A stretch of 46,318 nt of DNA, taken from the NCBI GenBank assembly GCA_000934665.2, contig JYFJ02003112.1, positions 1-46,318 on the forward strand. Reading direction: 5' to 3'. Position 1 is the stretch's first letter. Each line of letters begins with the position of its first letter. A model generated the notes under the pieces. That model searched no databases. It saw only the letters and a program-made list of their open reading frames with translations, and had not been told where the DNA came from. Positions 36,801-46,318 of the stretch are shown here, piece by piece. The translations under genes and the position numbers were made by a program. Origin of the DNA: Catajapyx aquilonaris (taxonomy: Eukaryota).

Positions 36801-39800
36801 ACTACATCCGGAGGAAATAACTAAGTGCACTCTTGCGTAGTGCACACCTACAACTGACAAACCTGCCATGACCTGAGTGCTGTGGCATAGGCCCTACCTC
36901 CTGGAACAAGATACTTGTCCACCTGCAGCATGAGTGCACAAACATGCCCCATTCCGCATGCATTTTGGATTAGTAAGCAAAACGTAACATGCAAAAGTGC
37001 ATACCAAAACACTGCAAGATTAGTTTCGCATCAAGCCCAAGCAAGAGGGGAGGGTGAATAATACAAAATCATCACACCAGCCAAGTAAAATAAAATACAA
37101 CAATGCAAAATAAAAAAGACAGCAATATTTCTTACAAATATATTTGTATATTTCCACTCTTTTGACAAATACAAAAAAAAAATTATATTTTATTGTATAC
37201 CAGATGAATGGGCATTGACACATCTGAATAATCTCACACACGACACATGGCCTCGAGTATTTAATACTGCTGAACTGTGTCACCGGACATGACACCTTTC
37301 GCTATTTGTCTTTATCCTCCTTGGTTGGGCTTGAATGCTACTTTACACTTGCGATGATAAAATAACAACAGCGTCAACTTGCAGAGCCACAGATATTGTG
37401 AACGGGTCATTGGCAAATAAAAACATATGGCACTGCATTTTTCCCGCCATAAATGTCTGTTTCTGACTAGATTGAAAGAGAAGGAAAAATTTTAAAACAT
37501 CACCGGTGATGACACCTCGCAAAAAGAGAGGATGAAGTAAATCACAACCACAGATCACAACAAATGGAGGTGTAAAATGTTTCAAAAACACGAAAACGTG
37601 CACAGCTGGCTCATACGTTGAGTATTTCCCTGTTTGTAATGAGAATAGAGGGAACACGCTGAGTCCAGCTGGCAGTTGAGGCCAGTGGCCAGAGAACAAT
37701 ACCCTTCTACATAAAAATTGTAACTAATATACTCATGACGATGCTCCAGTGCCTCAAGTTTTCAGATCTTCACAAATTTGTGCACTTCCATCCACACATT
37801 TTCACACTGAAATAAACTGCAGTGCAAAAATCGAACATCCTCCTAGTGCTAGTTGCAACAGTTATGTATCGAGGCATTTGAGTGAAGCCACTACCTCCAT
37901 ATGATTTAGTAAATATGGCCAATTCTAAGTCTCTGATATGTAAATATGAGTCAGATACAAAGTGCAAAACATTAAAAATACATGCCAAGTGCTGTGTTAG
38001 GGTGCACAGAATGACAATATGGCATTAACAGTGTCAGCCAAAAATACCCGCGCCTTCTTTTTGCTCTTCTTGGTCTTGACCTTAGGTAGCCTCAGCAACG
38101 GTCGCCTTTCCCTGACCTCACTATTTCCAAATGAAACTTCTCCGTTCTCATGCCCGACTTTATACATGGAGGCGTTATACCCATCCTCAAACTCTGGATC
38201 TGACTTTGATGCAAACTCAACATCCGAATCAATCCCATGTGTGGAGCCCTCAGGACTTGCTAATGCCACTTGAACCACAGGTGCAAGGTCCTTTTCCTCA
38301 ATGTCAGTGTTGCCCTCACTAGACACGCTTAACACGGCCGTAAGATCATTGTAATCACATAATAAACCACTACTTGATGATGAGGACGTCAAAGTTGATG
38401 GACTGTCAAGGACCTTAATATCAGGTTCTACATATTCGCAATGTGGTAATGAATCATCTGAGTGCTTCCTGTTATTGACATAGTCGGATCGTGGCAGTGA
38501 ATCGTCTGAGTGTTTCCCGCTACTGCCGTCAGGACTGCGACTCAGCTTGACATCACCACACCAGCATGGCAGTGGAGTTGACGTTGTGCCACCCCCCCAC
38601 CCATTTGTGACCCGATGCGTGTCAGCATGCATCGTGTCACCCATGCCATTTGGCACCCTACCACGCGCCAGTGTCGCCAGCACCTCATGCGACAACTCCC
38701 TACATGTGCAACAATTTGCGGGTGCAGAATCGACTTCCGAAGAGCACAGCTTGATCTCGTGCACGTGCTTGATTGTGGCAGAGGCAAATGGCAAGGTTGA
38801 GGCACAGTGTCGAACGCTGTTGTTGTTGTTGTTATTGTTGTGGTAGTGATAGTGATGATGGTGGCTGTTGGGAACGAGGTAAGGAGGAGAGGTGCGTTGC
38901 AGGTTGGATTCAGAAGCCCACCTGTTTTCAGTTTGCAGCTCGCTCTGTCGTTGGCGGAGATCATCAGCCACAGCTTGCAGAATAGGCACTTGGTCTTCAT
39001 CAGTTGGTGAAAGCTGGCTTAGGCGTAGCATTTTGTTCTCGTGCTGCAGCCGGAGAAGCTTCTCTCTGAGGAATAGTGGCTTGCAATGTAAATTTGAATT
39101 TAACTACAGTTGCAAAATGTGGAATATGAAGTGGAGGTAACAACTTGGGGAAAGGTATGAAACAGATTAATCAATCTCCTTTTCACTTTACACACAACAA
39201 CGAAAGCAGATTCACTGCCACGTTTAATTCCCCTCCAGAAGAGTTACTTCCAAGTCACAGGCCTTACTGCAGCAACTATGACTACATTCTCCCACCATTA
39301 GTAAAAAGAAGGCTAAAGAAACTAGGAACACAAATTAACCAAGGTCATGGTTGCCGAAGTAAAATGACTCCCCCTTCCCAGAGCAAATACTACAACTTCA
39401 TTTTCTGTGCAAATATCTTTCTGTTAGGACCCCAGTAGCTCACTTGATTTCAGGTGGAATCATCTCAAGAGTGTCAGTTTCCGAGAGGGAGCTGGCATTT
39501 CTGGTTCCTGATTCTGGGCTCATCACAGAAGACAGGTTGGACGTTCCTAGCTGTAGCTGAGTGCATTTCAACTCTTCGTTAGATTCCCTCAGAGAATCCC
39601 GCTCAGCTATTAGACGCTGAAAATAAGTTTCAATTAGTAATCATCCTCTTTTAATCTGTAATAGGGCTCCGCAAAGCTTATCAGAAAATGTAGCAATGCA
39701 CACTAGAAGCTCAATGTATTTTGTAACATCTGTGCCTTCTTTCCTATTTTTAACTATCCTTTGGCACTTCTTGAAGAGTTACAATATATGACTAGACTAT

Positions 39801-42800
39801 TGCTGTTCACAAAGGACAGATTCAGCCTTGAAATAGGAGAACAAACCTCAAGAATTAAACACAAGATACAAAGACATGACACATTTAAAAGAAAGAAAGA
39901 GAGGTACTCAAGAATGGAGACTGGCAGTCACAGTGTCCGCCACCATACCACCTGATTGGACACAAAGCCTGCTCTGGCAACAACAAAACTCGCTAAGCAG
40001 TTGGAGCCATTCATGTGCTAAAAAGCATGACTTATGTTGAACATGACTACCGCATTAACGTAATTACCATTACAAAAGGCTGATTACAGACAACAAGGGG
40101 CAATTAAAAATGCAGGCACATATTATCACGTGCTAAGAAAGACATCGGTACACTTGCCCATGTATTTTTATTACCAGTCTCTCTGGCGGTAAAGTAAGGT
40201 CTGATATGATTTCCTTCAATTTCAGCCTCCCAATTGAACAAGGTTGCAGTAATCATCTCATGAATACAGGGTGAAGGGAAACTCGCGCCCAATCGCCAGG
40301 TAGACTTACAGTACTCGTAAAACTAATATAGGAATGTGCAGTTAGTTTTGGGCACCGTTGCATAGTTAATGTGTACGGCGCCGTCAAAGTTTCGTGACGT
40401 CACATCAGTTACGCCAACTCTAAAGAAGCTCTGAACAATCCAGCCTTGGGTCCGTAACACATCGTCCACGTGCAATAGGTGATCAAATCCCGTCAAAGTA
40501 AGAATCCAGGTACGACACCTGTGCACTTGTCATTTTTAGCTAATATTTTACCATCCACGCATTAACTACGCGCAGGCGCCCAAAACTAATTTCACATCCC
40601 TATATTAGTTTTGCAAGTACTATTAGTCTACCTGTCGATTGGGCGCGATGTTTCTCTTCACCTTGTATAAATAACTTGTTGAATTTTGAGTCACCAATTA
40701 CGTTAAGTAAGACTGCTATTAAAATCACACTGCAGTGAACAGTACATAAAAAGACAGGGGCTGCGAGACCTATGCATCACAAAACGCAGCCCCTGCAAGG
40801 TTACCTGGTTGCGCGCATGTAAGGCCTGAAAGGAAGTGAGCCATCCAACATTTCTAATCATTCTGCCACATCAATTGCAAACACCTCCTATTTTATTCGC
40901 TTTATTGCAAAACAAGGAAACACTTACTTCCTTCTCCCTCTGAATAGCGAGCAGCTTTTCTTGTGTCTTCTTGTTCTCAAATTCGGCCTTGTCTGCCTTC
41001 TTGGTTTCCTCTCCAAGCTTCTTATGCAATTCAGACACCTGCTTCTTGTACATTTCGAGCTGAGGCTTCCATGTTCCACTTTTCTTGAGCTCCTGTAATG
41101 ACAAGTTGGTTCAATTTTGTTTTGGCATCATAAGGATTTTCAATTCACATTTGCTACCTACCTTTAATTGAAAAATTCATTTGTCATGCGTGAAAATTTC
41201 AGATGATCATGCAATCTAATCCAAATCACAAGAAATAGCTCCATACCTCTTCTAGCTCCATGTTTTGCTGCATGTAGTCGGTATTCTTCTCTTCAAGGAT
41301 GCGCACCTGCCTTTTCAAGTCAGCGTAATCTTCCAGCTTTTTCTTGTAGCCTTCGACAGCAAGTTCACATTTGGACAGCTGCTCCACCCTCTCCCGAAGA
41401 ACATCCACTTCATCTTTCAGAACATGTGCCTCTTCAGCAGCCTTTTGGAGCTCATCCTGCTTGCCCTGCAGTTCTAGCAGCTCCCTCTCAAGTTGCTCTA
41501 CCTTCACGCGGTAGTCATCTCGAGCTGATGCCACAAGAAAAAAAATTATCAGATCATTTACAGCACAAGCATTTGCACCAAAATTCAGAATTTACATTGT
41601 AATGGAACAGTTCAAGCTTCAGTGACTGATTTTATTTTTCTAATAAATCAACTGGTGGCATTACTGATTAATTCCATCAACTCTTGAGCTTCTAAGTGTT
41701 GGAGGTAAATAACACTTTTCTGATTTAACAAGGATGACAGTTCCAATAAGTGATATATTAATCAATAAAATCAATTACAAGTCTCATATGCCAAGTGGGT
41801 CAACAGATTTGCATTCAAGCCAATTATAACAAGTGATAAGTATTGTTTATAATAATATTTCATTCTTAGAAGCAGTCACATTAAATGTCTTCTCACAATT
41901 ATGAAAGTGTCACATTACAATCACCCAGAAGTTCTCCGGCCTTGACAAAATGTAGGCCCTACATTGCACTATAAAGATTGAAAAGGTAATCACTTCTGGA
42001 ATGACAACTCAGCTCGTAAAACCCATTAGTGTTGACTCACAGGTTTCAAGTTTGTACATCTCCTCCTGGACACTTTCCAACTGCTTCTTGACCTCCTTGT
42101 AGCGCTGCCCACTGCCACCCATGGAGGCATCCTCTACTACCTCCATCTCCCGTAGTCGCTCCTGCAAGCGCTCATTCTCACCATGTAGATTGGCCTTCTC
42201 CTCTTGGAGAAGGGCCACCTGCAACAGGGCACATTCGAGGTTATGCACTGGACAATTTCCAACCACAAAAGCCATCTTTGTTGCACAACTTTGTTTTCAT
42301 CTAAATAATATGCTGGTATCCATGACAACTTCAAGGTTGGGAATTTTAGTGACATCCCGAGCTTTTATCGGGCTCAGCTATTCCCATTAAAATTCCTGCC
42401 GATAAAGCAATGACCTGTGGTCGCTTGTTTACACTAAGCCACTTCTTTTTCCTTACTCTCCGATACCATGCAACGTGAAAATCACAGCACCTCACCTTCA
42501 TGTCTAATTCATGACACCTCTGTGCCATGTGCTCCTTGGCTACATTCGCAGCTTCCAGATCATCTAGAACCTTTTTCAAAGGTGCATCTACATCAGGTAA
42601 ACTCTCCAGTCCTCCAGTCTCCTTAGTCATAAGCTCTTGGATGGCTTTCATTATCATCTGCTGGACAGACTCCTCCATTCCCATAATAGTTTCTATGTAC
42701 TCTACAAAACAATACAGGGAGTGAAAATTCATTTGACCATGATCCGCAAGGTTGAGTTCAAGCCGGTCTCATGCAGCGGCATTTATTGTGCACATTAGGC

Positions 42801-44221
42801 ATGGTTTCGTCAATTATCTCCCAGTAAATGCATTGTCACTGAGATGTTATCTCGATGACAGTAGCTGCAATCAGGAAACGCCAGAAACTTACCTTGCTTC
42901 ATTTCACAGTTAATTGCACAGCCCAGTATCAACTGGAGCATCCGGCCCAACTCTGCAGGATTGTTGTGTTCGCCTGAAAGATACAAATTACACCACTGAA
43001 GAGTAGCAATTACAAGGATTTTTCAAAACAGTTCAGTGCCACACATTAATTAGGCTGCAATAACAAATTGGCGGAAACAGTTGTCGCCAACCCATTATTT
43101 TTGAATGCATAATTCCCAAGTACAGTAACTGCATTGTCATGAAAACAATACGCCACAAATTTGCTTTTTTTGCGTTACCGCATTTATCACGGTGTTGCAC
43201 ATTAGTCTGCATGTTCCGGGCCAGAACTTATTACAAATTGTATTTTATCTTTTCCTCTCCTGCTGGCCAGTGGTCCTTTAGCACCAAGGTCACCTTCCAG
43301 ATTTTTCTTTCTCAGCTCAAGATGTGCTCCCTTCACCTCCCATCCACCTCATCCCCCCCACCTGCATTCCTTTGGCCCCCAGAATATAAAGAGTGCTTGT
43401 GTCTAATGACCAGACACGCAACTTGCAAGCAGATTAAAGACCTCGCGAGTTTTCTCCCGGGCCATTGGACACAAAAAGGCGTGGCCAACCAAGATCTATC
43501 GCTGGAAAAAAAAACGAACACAATAAACACATCAGAAACATCGTATTTCCTCTGTCTATTTCTGTAACCCTTACTGTCCCAGAAACCCACAAACAGTTCC
43601 TGATACCGTATCGTAAAGGTCACCAAGGTCCAACCTACGAATAATAAAAAAAAGCACTCCAATTTGCTCAGGTCAACAACATCTCAACACGAACCAGTTC
43701 TCCATTCGCAGGAACAATGTGCCAAAAACCATTGACTCTTAAAGTTCCTTCAGGCAACGACATGAAGATGCTCGAAAATCCTGCCCCTTACCACGCCTTC
43801 ATAAAACATATTAAATCTGGGTCGACCTTCCTTCAAGTGTCGATCCCTATCAATCACACCCTAATTTCAATATGTCGCAACAATCTCTCCTGCCGAGTTG
43901 TTCCAAGGATGGGAAAGAGAAAGGACTACAACAAGGTGGCAGAGGGCACCTTGTAAAAAAAATATATTGGATTGAAAGGTTAGCCGAATATGTGCCACAC
44001 AATGCCATGCGTTACGTCAGCGACATACCAATTTTGTTGTCGTTGCCGTTGATGTCATGTGTGTCCCCACAAACGGGGTAATGCAAATAAAAATTAATAA
44101 TAATAAAAAAATACTTACCAATTTTGTTCACGTCCGGCATGTTGAAGTCTGTAATGTGCTGCCCCAGCATCTCCTGGTAATACTCCAAGATGCCTTTGAG
44201 TAGCTTCTTCAAGTTGCTCAC
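33858..44221 (-). CDS. HOOK: Hook microtubule-tethering / dynein adaptor protein (partial; N-terminal exons beyond the window)
   Basis: Exons 44221-44119, 42973-42893, 42701-42496, 42218-42041, 41524-41247, 41092-40928, 39616-39444, 39065-38922, 34750-34545, 34334-34051, 33986-33858; phase-compatible, 648 aa. Motifs VSNLKKLL, ELGRMLQLILGCAINC, MEESVQ, RLQHENKML, EEQLITTAFYN, QSFLSRQR. Confidence 0.93.
34936..35103. mobile_element. Imperfect fold-back MITE-like element in Hook intron
   Basis: Arms TAATTTTCGGATGCG...ATGCGCTTTTTCCC.GGAATCCGAG / CTCGGATTTGCGGGAAAAAGCGCAT...CGCATCCGAGAATTA. Confidence 0.65.
35375..35423. repeat. Perfect hairpin, 23-bp arms and 3-nt loop
   Basis: GCAAATTCTGATTGAGGTCATTA-AAA-TAATGACCTCAATCAGAATTTGC. 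Confidence 0.9.
35811..36323. mobile_element. Pogo/Tigger-like MITE (resembles Tigger4a/MER46 from memory) in Hook intron
   Basis: TA|AGGTTGGGAATCCTTCATCC ... GAATAAAGGATTCTCAACCTG|TA; internal GACATGACGC..AAATGAAAAATTCCA and CCCATCCC..ATGCAAATCTTCC blocks. Confidence 0.6.
36007..36181. mobile_element. Harbinger-like MITE nested in the Tigger-like element
   Basis: 17-bp inverted repeat GTTTACATGTGAGCGAT / ATCGCTCACATGTAAAC plus inner hairpin ATTGTTTGAG.CGAAA / TTTCG.CTCAAACAAT. Confidence 0.7.
37997..38921 (-). CDS. Putative alternative terminal coding extension of Hook (donor read-through, 307 aa)
   Basis: Frame of exon 39065-38922 stays open for 925 nt past the AG|GTGGGC donor; in-frame 48-nt duplication with mainly synonymous differences; AATAAA on the minus strand at 37194-37189. 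Confidence 0.7.
40267..40665. mobile_element. Tc1/mariner-type MITE with ~90-bp TIRs in Hook intron
   Basis: TA|CAGGGTGAAGGGAAACTCGCGCCCAATCG... and ...CGATTGGGCGCGATGTTTCTCTTCACCTTG|TA. Confidence 0.85.
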
Positions 44222-46318
44222 CTGGAAAAGATATCCATGTAATAACCCAATGAAAGTCGTGACCAGTCGCTCATAATTTTTTTTCAAAGCGGCCTTGTTG
44301 CATAATGTTCCTGACATGCTCCATTACTAACTCGGTTATTGAATTAAGTGCTGTTTCTCTTATGGGTTCGCATCCGGTACTATTTGTGCCATCTTCCTCC
44401 AACCGGCCTTGGACCAGGGTTATGCATAGTCAATTGACATTTGACGCCACTTAGACGCCACCATAAAAATCGCGACAACTTCCAAAATTCGCGCAGGAAA
44501 TCACAAGCAATTTTGACACCCTAATGCGATTTACATCGGACAAAAAATTCGCAATATTTATTACCATTTTAGGAAAATCCGCGCGTCACGCTTAATCTGG
44601 TCCCATAAACATCAGCAAAAGGCAATACCTGAACTCACACGACCCTTCAACGACCACCCAATAAAAAAACGTGACCTAGGACTAGTTTTCCGTTAATTCC
44701 CCCCCCCCCTCCCCCCAATAAAACGAGATATGCCAATTCCCCTGCCAATTTGCATGAAAATGACGAAAAACGGCTAGCCTTGTCCATATATCCGTGACCT
44801 GCCGAATCATGACCAGTGCACACATAGCGCTACCTACTGGTGGTCACCATAAGAGATTCGCCGACCGTTATGTGTTCCACATACGAGGCAAGGCTAAGTG
44901 TATATGGGTGCCAATTTATCTTGTCGCAACTGGGTAACAGGTTACAGAATAATCCTAATTTACTTCATTACACGCTCTCATTTCGCCTCATATGTTAGTC
45001 ACTTCCTGTTGAACCGTACGCAGAATTCGCACTGCAAAAAAAAACCGGTAAATGGGAAGCCGTTACACCTCAAGACACCTGGATGGACCCCTCCCTGGTT
45101 TACCGGCCAGATGTTGCAACAAAGACGAAATGAAAATGTGCAAGGTCAAACCACTTTAACCACGAAAAACTGAAAACAAAGACTGAAACAACAGGGTGTA
45201 CTGAATGCTCTTTTGATCGGGATGAGCAGCCAGCCGGTTTGGCGAAGGGCTTCTTACTTGAGCCAATTTATTGCAACCAATTGCGATGGGAGGTCACATA
45301 CATCTTCCAATGAGTAGGATGCACCAGGAAATCGCCTACACTTTTTGCTACAATCAAATTTCCGCGTTCTGATCGGCTTATCCAGCCAGGTGCAAGCAAG
45401 TTCGTATATTACAGACAGATAGCGCTCCCCGCCCATAGTGACATCTACCTCCAATTTTCCAACCAGATTGCACCTGGCTCGACTGCTCGATTGAGTTGAT
45501 CGAAAGGGCCATATTTGCACATTGCAATTTTTTTTTTAAAAGGGTATTGTTGCCTGCCATACTCCGAAACATGCATGCCCCGGGGCAAGGAGCGGAAGAA
45601 TGCCACTCCTCGATATGAGGAAGCGTGACGTCTTATACATATCAGGCCGATACAGACACCCTTGAACTTACCCAAAGCCACTGAATATTTTCTGCACTAC
45701 TCATACATATTTGTAAGCAACAATGTCATCCAGTACACAAATCTCATGACTGCCGTATTTCTAATCGCAGTTTCATGATAAATCACAGTAAATGTACCAA
45801 ACAGTTGAGATACATTTCGTCTGCTGCCGGTAGCAATTTAGCCGCAATCTTGTGGCAGGATCCATAAAATTACTCCGTTTTTTTGCCAGAAACGCCGCGA
45901 AATATTGGCGAAAGTGGACCTCTAATGACCATGCGGTCGCGATTTCAAAAATTGCGGACAGATCCAAAACGGCCGTACAAAACTTGTGAAATTCACGTCA
46001 CATTTTTGGTCCTGACCTGATGCCTCCCATAAATCTTCAGCCACAAATTGAAACAACTTAATGCTACAGGTGGGAAAAATCGCTCGATTCGTGAGACCCC
46101 CACTATAATATGCGACCTCTATAATTGATTTTATCTGCAATATCTGACACTAACGCAAGAAAATCGGTTCCCATGCCCCTTATAACAGCCCCCTAATTAT
46201 AGATCCCCATTCAACTGGTGTGTATCCCAAGATTTCGCCAGTCCAAATGGTCCTAACAAGGAGGTCATTCAGGCCAGTGACCCTCATCACTGTTGTTCCT
46301 CACTTGAGCATATGTGAC

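Noticed and set aside
38160..38230. FFAT-like motif (DSDVEF...PEFEDGY) in the Hook extension
   Set aside because: Acidic context fits, but the core lacks the A/C at position 5 and the E at position 7.
45254..45520. ORF ending NWLK as the missing Hook exon (NWRLK)
   Set aside because: Upstream residues do not resemble the Hook domain, and the donor would be out of phase with the phase-0 exon at 44221.

Overview
Eukaryotic (animal, probably arthropod; inferred from gene set, short GT-AG introns and TE types) genomic DNA with no prokaryotic features. Positions ~1-22.5 kb contain no recognisable host gene and are filled with nested MITEs, a Helitron derivative, a tRNA-derived SINE, decayed LINE fragments, hairpins and two minisatellites. 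Positions ~22.8-44.2 kb hold four genes: two tandem, intact PM20D1-type M20 peptidase/amidohydrolase paralogues (minus, 6 coding exons each), eIF2D/ligatin (plus, head-to-head with the upstream PM20D1 copy) and a Hook dynein adaptor (minus; 11 exons traced, 5' end outside the window). Best lead: a 925-nt in-frame read-through of a Hook donor site, with internal evidence of coding selection, that would replace the cargo-binding tail with a 307-aa tail carrying a dileucine motif, a polybasic patch and a near-terminal Cys. Other leads are an EcRE-like (IR1) minisatellite, a YTEL C-terminus on both PM20D1 copies, paired CTCF-like motifs and a templated-insertion scar. All calls were made by eye; no database searches were run.
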